64,000 nt of DNA, from positions 8,742,001-8,806,000 of the forward strand of contig CM114271.1 of assembly GCA_050084515.1 (NCBI GenBank), read 5' to 3'. This document shows, in pieces, positions 27,299 through 38,626 of this stretch; positions within the stretch are counted from its first letter, which is position 1; every line of letters begins with the position of its first letter. The stretch comes from Blasia pusilla. Lineage: Eukaryota. The notes beneath the pieces are model-generated. The model did not search any database. It was not told the DNA's origin and was given only the letters and a program-made list of their open reading frames with translations. The position numbers and the translations under genes are program-made.

Positions 27299-29307
27299 TT
27301 GCCTACGCCTCGTGAGTCACCATCAAAGCCAGACCCTAAAGAGGAGTGGGATCAGTCTGACCATAACAACTCGAACAGAGAGAACGATAATGTGACCACA
27401 GGGGATGTGCCTTTCCCATCAAGTGGCGCAAGTCCCCACAGAAGCGAAGACAGCGAAGCACCCATGGCACAACCACGCAAGTCGATGTTGAGGTACCTCA
27501 CCTTTGGAGGAAGCAAGAGAGTTTATGCGAATGACTTTATTATGGAATTTACCCATGTGGCAAAAGCAAATGGAGAAGGATCAGAGGAAGATCTTTTTAG
27601 AGTCTTTCCTGGACTCTTAAAGAAGCGTGCCAGTCAGTGCTATGAGGGGATTGACGCCAAGCACTTGGAAACTTGGAAGACCCTACTCAAGGTGTTCCTT
27701 AGAATTTAATGATGGCCTGCTTACGAATCTTTGTGATCGATAAAGAAGGAAGAAAGAAAGAGACTTTGAGAGAGTACACTCAGAGGTTTTGCAGCTTGGC
27801 TAGTAAGCTGGAGCACACCAGTGTGCCATAGTTGGTGGATTGGTATGTGTCGGGTTTATCCAAGGAGATGGATTGCTAGTGTTGCAGGGGGCAATGTGAC
27901 TCATTAGCAGTTGTCATCGCCTCTGCAGAAGCTTATGAGGCCTCAGAGAAGTCCAGGGGGACGCGGAAGAAGAGAAATTATAGGAAGCCGAAAAGCTCTC
28001 CATCAGAGGAGTCTTTGCCTTCTTCCAACTCTTCGGATACCTCGGCAGGCAGCACTAGCAGCAAAGACTCAGAGTTCGAGGAAGACTCTAAAGGCAAGAA
28101 GAAGAAGAAAATCAAGATGCCCAAGGTGGTCTTCGTCTTTAGGAAAGGGACGTAAGGACCTGAGGGCAAAGATAGAGAGCCATAAGTCTGTTAGTCCCGC
28201 TCGTAAGACTAAGAAGGATGGGGAGAAATCCGCCATCAATGAATTGACAAAGAAAATGGCCGAATTAAAGGTACACTTGGCGGCCCAAAAAGATCCTAGA
28301 AGAAGGCCAAGTCTTATACGGCCTAACATATGGTGCAGTGCTTGTGGGACTCAAGGGCATACAGTGCCGGAGTGCCCATTGCAACGAGACTTACGTTGGA
28401 TGCAAGAAGAACCCTCAAGGGAAGAGGGATGGTATGAAGCAGACTAGTGGGCGGGATGCTATGCGGTTTAGGCAGTTATGGGGGCTAGTACTTCTCGTAG
28501 ATGGATCCCTAGATACGTGTCGCCCGAATATGGAGAGCAGAGGCCTCTACGTCAGATCATGGGACCCGTAGCATTCACCCCATCCATCAAAAGAAATTTT
28601 TGCTCTAATTGTGGGGCAGCCGATGAGTGGGCAAACAACTGCCCCAACCCAAAGAGACCAGTGGGGTTTAATTCTCTATGTGGTAATTGCAAGAAGGAGG
28701 GACACACTACGGTGGAGTGCCCAAAACCTCAAGTAACACGGCTTTTGGTCAAATATGTCACCACCCCACCGGCACAAACCGAAACCAAGACTGGTGTTAA
28801 TGTGCAGCTAGTGCGTGTGGAAGAAGTCATCTCACCAAGGATGCTAAGGAAGGTGACACAATTAAGGAAGGAGACCTTGCAACAAAGATCAATGAAGAGT
28901 CCTCAGATTGGTCCGAAGACCTTCTCAACGAGGTCTTCGCAGTGGAAACTAGGTCCAAGTCTAAGAAGAAAATTGTGAGAGCAAAGTCCCTAGAATCTTC
29001 ATCTTCTTGAAGTGTTGTGTTTACGAAGAAAGCGGTTGAGATGTATCAAGGAGGAAAAGCTATTGTGAAAGGTGATGAGGACCCGGCTTTTGATCAAAAC
29101 CATCCAAAGTACTTCCATCCGGAAGTAGAGGAGCAGGTCCATAACCAAGTTCAAGAAGAACAAGCAAGGGTAGTCTTCACGCCAAGACCCTTACAAAAGC
29201 ACAAAGAAGTAAACATGGAGACGTCGGTGGCTTCCCCTTTGGTGATGGAAGCTTACGACTTGCTAAAGGATTTGGCTGCCAACCTACCAAATATATCCTT
29301 ATTGTAG
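27299..29307 (+). pseudogene. Ty3/gypsy gag-like region with three zinc knuckles
   Basis: CSACGTQGHTVPEC, CSNCGAADEWANNC and CGNCKKEGHTTVEC in broken ORFs; retrotransposon-gag-like segment FPGLLKKRASQCY...TWKTL. Confidence 0.75.
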
Positions 29308-29399
29308 TTACTTATGGATAATCCCATTTATGGGAAAATTCTCCAACGTTGGAAGGTTGGACATCAGAAGCAGGAGCAAAGAAGCTCCCAGTGGTGGAT

Positions 29400-31034
29400 C
29401 TGTTTTGCATAGAAGTTGAAGACCTTGGTGCGCCGGAAGTAGAAGTTGAAATTGAAGGGCATACCATCAAGAAGGTTCCTATAGATTCTGAAAGTGGGAT
29501 CAACATCATGACAGAGCAGACTGCGTAGGCTTTGGGTTACACTAAGTATGAACCCACCGATAAGTATGCACGCTTTGCGGATCAGTCTTGTAAGCGGCCC
29601 TTGGGGCAGCTTACCCCGACACCCACTATGATAGGAGGGATGCTATTTCTACTGGACTATCTTGTCCTTCACCCTTTGACAGTCACTGGTTATCCCTTAC
29701 TCATTGGAAGCCCGTGGCTTTATGGGGCTCAAGTCAATACGGATTGAAAAAGATGAAGATTCATTGTCCAAGCACCATCAAGTACTTCCAAGAAGTTGGT
29801 GAAGTTGCCTTGGAAGTCTTGGCCGCCTCAAGGAGAGACACCTGCCTTGGATGAGGGGTATACCTCGGATCACGACCTCAGAGTTGAGACACAGTCCTCG
29901 TCCTATGTGTGCTATTTGGAGTGCTATGAGATAGATGAAGAATTTCTACAATCAGAACAAAGCCACTCTTGTCCAAGGGAGGACCCATCGAGGCTCACTA
30001 TCTACCAGTTCAGGGAGAAGATGGTGCAGGAGAAGGACTACCAAGAAGTCTTGATCAGCGATACTAAGGCCTTGCGTGTGTCTGCAGACTTGTCTTCATC
30101 TGAACTTTCACTATATAAATCTTTGCTTTCGAAGTACCTTGATGTGTTTTCCTACACCATGGATGAGATGAAAGGAGTACAAGCCAAATATGGGGAGCAT
30201 AGAATTGATCTGAAGATTGGGGAAATCCCTGTGCGAATGCCGCAATATAGATTGAATCCAAAGTATTCCTTAATGGTCAAAGATGATCAGAGGTTGGAAG
30301 CAGGAGTCATTTATCCGGTACTTAGTAGTGAGTGGGTATCTACCATAGTCATTGTTTCGAAGAAGCAATCGGGTAAGATCAGGGTATGTCAAGACTATAG
30401 GAAGCTTAATGCGGCCACCCTGAAGGATCATGACCCCCTGCCCTTTACGGATACTATCTTAGATAAAGTGTTTGGTCATGAAGGCTATACATTCTTGGAG
30501 GGGTATTCCGGTTACAATCAAGTGTCCATAAGAGAAAAGGACCGAGCTGTGACTACCTTCACCACGGATTTGGGAACTTTTGCCTATCAAGTGATGCCTT
30601 TTGGCTTGTGCAATGCCCCGGCCACTTTTCAAAGAATGATGATCTCTTTCCTTCAGGAGTACTTGCAAAGGTTCATAGAAATCTTCCTAGATGACTTTTG
30701 TGTCTTCAGCTCGGCTGCCAATCATTTGCAGAAGCTAGAGCTCACCTTGGCTTGGTGCAGAGAAGTGTAGTTGTCTTTGCACCCAGAGAAGTCTTACATT
30801 GCAATGAAGGAGGGTATCCCTTTGGGGCATCGAGTGTCTTTGCACGGTATCGAAGTGGATAAGGCTAAAGTGGAGATAATTTCAGAGTTGGAAGCTCCCA
30901 CGAATCTTCGTGAGCTAAGAGGATTCTTGGGGCATGTGGGGTACTATCGCCGGTTGATTAAGGATTACGCACTAAAGGCGAAGCCTTTAACTACCCTACT
31001 GAAGAAGACAGAAAAGTGGGAGTGGTTGCCAGCA
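29400..31034 (+). pseudogene. Ty3/gypsy pol, 5' half: protease and reverse transcriptase
   Basis: Protease-like VPIDSESGINIM (~29475-29510); RT motifs RVCQDYRKLN, GYSGYNQV, VMPFGLCNAPATFQRMM, IFLDDF and LRGFLGHVGYYRR; ends at KWEWLPA where copy 2 is inserted. Confidence 0.93.
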
Positions 31035-32878
31035 GGGGGTTGGTATTCTGGCAGGAGAGAGTAAGAGAGGAGAGGAAGAGAGGAAGAGAGGAGAGTCTCT
31101 CTTCAAAAAAAAGGGCCAAATCCGCCTCCTCTCTTCAAAACTTTTTGACATATTTGAAATTTTTGTTTGCTTTCAAATTCATGAAATCTTTAGAAGAGAG
31201 TAGGTAGTGGTCCACATTCGGGCCTAAAAAAATCTCCTGTTTCCTGGGGGCGAAAAAAAAGTAGACATCATAAGACCACTACAAACATTTTTCCATCACT
31301 CTCCATGTGAGCCTAAGTTTCTTATCATTACCTGTCTCGGTCTACAAAAAGCAGTGCCCATGGGTATTTTTGTTGGAGGACCACCCGGATGCCAACCTCT
31401 CTTTTTGCAGGGATTTTTGCCTGCATCGTGGCCTCCCCTGAATTGCCCCATAACCAACTTTCTGTTGGTTATGAATGGTGTCTGCTCAAGACCAACTTTG
31501 TGAAATGTGAACACATGAGAGGATAATTGAACCAAAAAGTTGTTAGCTGTTTGGAGTAAAGAGGAATTGATGTCCCTTCATTCAGATCCTAAGGCTGAGA
31601 AACCGAGAAGCTGCACCCCTCCCAACCCGTAAGAAAGCTCACCATAAGAAAGGAAAGATTTTTAGAAGGAATTTTCTTCCACCCTGCACCCACGACGATC
31701 TAACAGGTTGGGAATCCGAAATGGCAATCCGACAGGTAGTAGGAATCCTGCACATCTTAGACAAGAAAAGAAGCCTACAACTGGTTTGACGAATGTAGGG
31801 GGACGAGCCAAACGTTAAGAAGCCCGCCACAATGCGTCAGAAGTTGGTCTCACAGGGAAAGAGTCCGATCACTCAAGCAGCCAACCTGTCATAATCCGAC
31901 AGCTTGCTTGGTAATGGTTAAAAAGTTGCAGTGGGCAAAAAGCAAAAAGTTGCAACCCGTCGGAATCATACGAGTTGCAAAATTGTAATTCTGAGTAGCT
32001 AAAAGAACACAATCCACAAGTCCAAAAATATATTCCAGCAAACTTTTACAAACACCATTATCGGTTGAAAAAATCTCGTCCTTTATTACCTCCGAAGGAA
32101 CCTCGGAAATGTACATTTGACCTAGTCTATGATTTCTTCAGCCTTGTCATCTACAAATTTACTCCTAACTCTCCTCGGTGACAGTACCAAAGGAATGTCC
32201 TGGGATACAAGTGGCTCCTCCGGCCGATTGTAGACGGGATAAAAATGTTGGCGATTTGAGAGCCTTGGCCCCCCAGTGCACGCCATAACGGTCCCATGTA
32301 ACCTGATTTGAGTCCCACCGCCTTCCTTGGCAAAAGATACCTTGTACGCTCGCAATGTGACACCCATCCAAAGTATCAATATGTGCTCCGTCCTTGGTAA
32401 TACCATTATGGCAATCGCAGGTAGTAGGAATCCAACACGTGAGAGAAGAAAAGAAGCCTCGCCGCCTTTACCGATTGAGGGGAAGGTGCCAAGGAAGAAG
32501 CTGGCTGTGATCGCCTCTTAAGTTGGACCAACAGGGAAAGAGTCCGATCAGGCAATCTATCGGAATCCAACAGGTTGCCTGGAAGTGGTAAAAAGGTGTT
32601 GTCGTCAAAAAGTGAAAAGTTGCAAGCAGGAGAAATCTGACGGGTTGCAAAATAGAAGTCCGCAGAGTACATAGACGATCACATTCGAAAAGACATAAAA
32701 AATGTTCAGCAAACTTTTACAAGCACCACCATCGTTTGAAAAAATCTTCTCCTTTATATCATCCGAAAAAAGCTCGGAACTGTACATTTGATCTATTCTA
32801 TGAAATCTTTTGCCTCATCATCAAAAAATTCCCTACTCCAAACGCTGCAGTCAAGTTGGGTCGTTGAGTTCTTTGAAC

Positions 32879-35800
32879 TCACTCGTCATCGTCCGAGAGC
32901 TCTTGCAAAATTACTTTCGGCCTTTCCCTCCCAATTTTCAGAATCGTTGGAAGTGACGATGGAGTCACTACCAATGGTGGGTTTGGAACCGGAGCTCTTG
33001 GCTTCGGTGGAGAGTTGTACGCCCCAACGAGCCCTTCAGATACGCGCTTTGCCGCTTGCAAGGTCAACAGTTCTGCCTTCCCTTGAGGCAGAGAATGTTC
33101 TGCCACTCGCCAGCGCCTTTGATAGTTGCCCTGAAAGTCCCACTAAGTCGAACACCAAGTCACCCGGCCTTGAGCAGAGCTCGATGAGCGTTGCATGTGG
33201 TGGCGATTTTTCCTTCCTCCCGTAAGGGGTACTGTCTTTCTTGCATGTAAATTCCGGGGGAATTGTACAAACTATCTAAGCTGTACCCATCTGAGCATGG
33301 ATCCAGAGGATCTTGGATCTTGAACACCTGGAAATTGTGCTCGGGCCGAACAAAGTAGTACACGTAGGAGTGGTCCATATGTAAAGAAGCACGTTGGAAA
33401 CAATGTCAGCAACTTGGCATAATGTGCAACACGTCACCAAAGAAGTCGGCTAGACCCTAGAGAACTTTTTCAATTAATAACTTTGGATAACCATCGGGTT
33501 GTTTTGTCCCTGACCAACCCGTCGCCTTTCCGACGGGTTAGTCAGGGACAAAACAACCCGTCGGGCTCTCCGTTGTTTTTGTCCGTGAGCAAACCGTCGG
33601 AAGGCGACGGGTTGCTGGCTTAGAGCAGTTCATGCTTGGCTGAGAGCAACCCGTCGCTTTCCGACGGGTTGCAGCTTTCCGGAAACACAGGGAAAAACCA
33701 AAAGCAACTGCAACCCGTCTGGTTCCGACGGGTTGTAGATACACCACGGTTTTCCCTATCTAAGCCAGCAACCCGTCGCCTTCCGACGGGTTGCTCACGG
33801 ACAAGGACAACGGAGATATACTATCGGAAATTAACACTCATTGAGCCTTACCCAAATTTGAAAATATATTTGATATTATACTGCAGGAATAGAGCCTTAC
33901 CCGAATCTGACTCGTCGCGGATCGGAGTGGGTACTCGTTTTTTATGATCCACGATTGCGCCGTCCTCCACTTTAGCGACCTATTGACGCACTGGAGGTTG
34001 AAGAGCTCGTCCTCGCTCCCTCCAGTCAACACCAAGAAGCAGCCCCTGTCACTCAGATAGGCGTCTGCAAAGGAGAACAATAGCACGATTTGGTCATAAG
34101 AGAGTGGCACATTCCACTCAGGTACCCCGTCCGACGGATTCTCGCCCCACAATCGCAACCCCGAGGATAGATCAGCGATCAAGAGATCCACCGCAACCTC
34201 TTCGACCACTCCATTCACCGTCCAGGCAGCATGCCCGTTTCGTTGGAGCTTCCGTCCCAGCGTTGTCAATTTATCGATGGCTGGTGTCAACGCTTGAGGA
34301 CTGAAGCTTTTCAGCTCATCCAGTTAAGGAGTAAACTGAAGGAAGACACTTGTCCGGGTCGTTGTTTGTATGTGTCTTCCCAATGATGATGGACTGTATT
34401 CTCCTTGTGACAACCCTGGCACCTCTCGCTTCCGCTTCTCCCGAGTCTGCGGATGGCTTGTCGGTGTCTCTATGACCTCAAACTCTGGTGGGGTTTTTTT
34501 CGCCGAGGACTTGGTCCGACCCTCTCTCCCCGCTCGCCCGGACGATTCCGCCTCTGGCCTTGAATCTTCACCCTCTCTTTGGGAAGACTCGGCCTCGGAA
34601 TTTTTCCCTCCCCTCGCCTTGCCTTTGAGACTCGTTGTGGATTTGTCTTTGGCTGTACGGACCTTGGAATCCAACTCAGCTGTCTCGTGGGCTTGCTCTT
34701 CCGCATCTCCTCCGAAGAAGTCTTCAGGCTGCACAAAATTGGGGATGTCGTCTTGTCCTGAGGCCACTGCATCATGAAGCACTCGTAAATCCTTATCACT
34801 GATGTCTTCAGGGTCGTTGAAGTCAAGCCAAATGGGGCAATTCTCCACCTCCCAATCGGACATGTGCTGCCCCATCTCCATGTCGTACATGGAGAATGTG
34901 TCTCCATCAGGCGGCGAAGCCCACAATTTCAAGGCTGCCGGTAATTTTCCCCAGGTACTTGCATTCTTACACTGGACGAGGTACGTGAAGACCATCCGTT
35001 GGGCAGCTTTTACTCAAACTGAATCGGCCGTCTGCCCGTGTAGATCTCGCTTCTTCTTTGCTTGATCCCGTTTGTTCCCCTCGATTTCTTCGTCAAGCTC
35101 TGCTTGAGGGAGGACGCAAACCTTGAACATTGTCTTGAATCCTGGGTTTTTGATTGGCTTGTCCCGGATGTCGTCGAGCCAAACCTCGAAATCTACAGAA
35201 CTTTCCAGGTTTGCTTCATCCGAAATGGGCTCTAATCTTTTGAGCTCGCTGCATCGCCCAAAGACCGACTTCCCGATAACCCGCAACGCGTCCCAGAATG
35301 ACCATTCGCGTAGCCAGTGGGAGATCACTGGATCGGACACACCTAGAGGATGGTGTGGCCCCCTCTTCTAGGCCTACGTGCCCTCGAGATTGATTTTCAT
35401 CAATCAGATCCTCCTAAACTCGCTTATGCGGGACAACGCAAACCGATGCACACGATCCAGGGACACTTTCTCCCCAATCCGACCTTGCGGATCTTCATCC
35501 CTTTTCCGCTGGCGCTTGATAATCGCCTTCAGCTCCTTGTAAAACTCCGGACCAAGTTCGGGGTTGAGAATGTTGATGTTTCGCTGCATCTTGCTCGCCG
35601 TGTATTTCGTGGCTGCAGATACTGCAACTTGGATGAATTTTGTGCGCTCAGACCCAGATACTTTCTCCCTCCACTCCAGCTCTAGCTCCAGTGCAGCGCT
35701 CTTCTTCGCGGCCTGTATCTTCGACCAGAAAAGGACGGTTACGGCTACATCTTGGGAAATAAACTTATTTGCCCAAGTTTTCTTTTTTATCTGAGCACCC

Positions 35801-37898
35801 TTTGCAAGCATCTGATTTACGGGCGTCACCAAGAACCCTTGTACTCTCCCGGTGCATCGTAAGCACCTTCTTCACCCGATCGCGATCCTGGATCCGGTGG
35901 TGGGTGACATTCCCCTCCGATACAATCCGCACATCCAAACTCAACCCGCCGAGAAAATTTGTAAGTTACATGGGTTCTGAACCCGTCGGACTCGACGGGT
36001 CGTCACAACTCAAGGTCGGATTCTAGAACGAAGCTAAATGATGCAACCCATCGAGTCCGACGGGTTGCATTCAGATTTGCTAATGCTGGTTTCAACCGTC
36101 GGACTCCGACGGGTTGTGCAATTGAACATACTAACGTGAACATAGCAACCCGCCGGAGTCCGACAAAGTTGCGCAATTGAATGGAAACTTGCAATTTGAC
36201 GTGAAATTTGCTAAACCAACTTCCGAATGCAACCCGCGTCGGACTCTCGGCGAGTTGATTTCGCCAAAAATAGTTCGAAGTCAAGCAACCCGTCGGACTC
36301 GACGGGTTGCTTTGGGCAAAACATACTAAACCGGTCGGTCGAACAACTCGCGGAGTCCGACGAGTTGCTTTCTTCAAAAAAATCCTGAAAAGGCGGCGAG
36401 TCGAGCAACCCGTCGGACTCCGACGGGTTGCTTTGGGCCAAAAACTTATTAAACATGTGGTCAGTCGAACAACTCGTCGGAGTCCAACAAGTTGCATTGT
36501 TCAAAAAACGTCATGAAAAAGCGTCGAGTCGAGCAACTCGTCGGAGTCCGACGAGTTGCTTTCGGCAAAAAAAGACCTAACCCATTCATCAATCGAGCAA
36601 CTTGTCGGAGTCCGACGAGTTGCGTTTGGCCAAAAGCATCCCAACAATAGTGCCGACCCAAACAACTTGTCGAAGTCCGATGGTTTGCAGCAAGAAGATA
36701 CTCACGTATTCATGGCATGCATTGCCATCTCCACCGTCGCCATGTGATGAGGGAATGGATGAAGGACCACTACCTTCACGAAAAAATGTGCCTCCAAGGA
36801 GTTGGGCCGCTCCTCTGCAAACTTGGTCCACGCCATGAACCTGTGATTTCCATCCCAGATGAAGAAATACAGATTCCTCATCCAGCTGAATTCCGTGCCC
36901 TCTACTTGCCTTCTGAAATCCTGGTCTCTCATCCTCCAGAATGTGTCGAGCTTATCCAAGTCCTCCTCCGTAACCAAGGCTTGGGTTCCATGCTCGTCGT
37001 AAGGCTGAACATAGAAGGGAGGAAAGTTGTTGACATAGGATGCTGTGGCCGCCGATTGTTTAAGCTTCGCGATGTCCTCGTCGGACTGAATTTTGCAGAT
37101 GTATTCCATTGTCCGCAATCGGTAGAGTGGAATCCTCGGGGCATTGTGGCCCTCCATGAATGCCATCTGCTTTACCACCTGTCAGAACCGGGACAAGATC
37201 AATAAGCTACACTGAATTCCCAATGAATTGCAATTCACATAATTCAAAAAACCTAGATCCTCTCTTACCCGCTCAAAAATTGGGTCGGTTTCTTGACCAG
37301 CCAACTTGTCTGAGACAGAAGCTGGAAAATCGATTGGGAACTCGTCGATCCGATAGAGGTCGATGTCTTCCGCCGGGCTTGGAGACGAGAATGACCGCTC
37401 TCCGGCTTCTTTGGCAATGTCCACCATCTCCACGCTGGCGGTCCTCATGACCTCGTCGTCCGTGATTTGAACTTCTGGCGTTTCTGCTATGTTGATTGTG
37501 TCCCCGGACTTCATCGGGGACATTTACCGCATCTCAACACTTTTGGTTGGACGGGCAGGGCTGTCGTTAATGGCTATCGCTTTATCCCTCCTCGCTTTAG
37601 CCAATTCTGCTCTCCTCAGCGACGCGTCCAGACGCTTCTTTTCTCTCTTTTCGTCGGCGATTCTTTTCTTCAAGGCCTGCGATGTCTCAGCCTCTGCGTT
37701 CTGTCTATCGAGCGCCTCTTGAACACGTCTCGCAAGAAGCTCCTGGTTGTGCATCTCCGCTTCCCTTTCCCGCTCCTCGATTTCCTGCTGCCTAATTTCA
37801 TTTGCCGAACGAGGCCCTGGAGATGCAGACGCATGAGTCATAATGGACTTCGGAGTGAAGCTCCCAGACTTGTTTGCTTGTGATTTTTTCCTCGTCAT
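32879..37898 (-). pseudogene. Copy 2 of a four-exon gene: coiled coil, ParB/Srx-like domain, unknown middle region, beta-class N6/N4 DNA methyltransferase-like domain
   Basis: Inferred exons 37898-37269, 37178-36706, ~35927-33901 and 33378-32879; donors GTAAGA, GTGAGT and GTAAGG with phases that join; motifs FFIWDGNHRFMAW, VDLLIADLSSG, LSDRGCFLV, SWIIKN and LCSRPGDLVFDLVGLSG; several stops and frameshifts. Confidence 0.78.
35980..36690. repeat. Intronic array of ~27-29-bp palindromes with roughly 60-65-bp spacing
   Basis: Perfect example AGCAACCCGTCGGA-C-TCCGACGGGTTGCT at 36404-36432; about ten variants in this intron; homologous arrays at ~18350-19240 and ~47100-47990. Confidence 0.95.
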
Positions 37899-38626
37899 TT
37901 TTTCCCGAAATGCCTCCACCTATGTCCACGATGAATCGCTTGATCAGTCGCCTTGCTGATGTCGAGACGAGTCACCTTGATGGGTAGCTCGAATCGTCTC
38001 GCGATCGTTCAGTCGAACCGTCTCGCTCTCGTTCGGTCAAACCGTCTTGCTCTCGTTCCCTCGTATCGATTCGTGATGACTCGCCGTGTGAAATGCCCCT
38101 TGGTATCTGATCAGCAGCTGCGCGGGAGAGAGAGCAATGGAGATCGCAAAATGAGAAACCGGAAATGAGCAATTTCTGCCCTATTTATACTTTTCTAGCC
38201 GTTGGGCTGACCGTTGGGTCCCGTCGTCCTTTTGACGGCGACGTGCCGGAGGTTACGGAAGTCTAGACGTGAAAAAATGGCAACCCGTCTGAGTCCAACA
38301 GGTTGCGCGCCTCCGCCGTCCTTGGTACGTTGCCACGTGCGCGAGCAACCCGTCGGAGACCGACGGGTTTCAACAAAATGAAGTGTGCTTCGCAACCCAC
38401 GTCTCTGCTTCCCAAATCCGGTAACACATTGCAACAGAATTGAATGTGTTGCAACAGAATTGGATCCATTGTGTAAGATAATGTCACCTACCGAATTCAT
38501 CTTGTCAGTAAAAATCTGTCAGGAGTATCTATTTTCCTATTCACTATGAATTAAAAATTCTCATTCTCATTCTCATTCTCATTCTTTTTCTCATTCTCAC
38601 CCTCCTCCCGTACGAAATTTCTGGGA
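37899..38626. promoter_or_regulatory. Divergent intergenic/promoter region of the element
   Basis: Lies between the two head-to-head genes; TATA-like GTATAAATAG on the minus strand at 38181-38190 (also in copy 3 at ~49462-49471); palindromes; (ATTCTC)n tract upstream of the transposase ATG. Confidence 0.5.

Noticed and set aside
35980-36690. CRISPR array (palindromic ~29-bp repeats with ~35-bp spacers)
   Set aside because: No cas genes; eukaryotic intronic context; repeats are degenerate and spacers resemble one another; the same motif is scattered through each transposon copy
32879-37898. Bacterial contamination or prophage as the source of the ParB-methyltransferase gene
   Set aside because: The gene has spliceosomal-type introns conserved between copies and is embedded in plant-type retroelements
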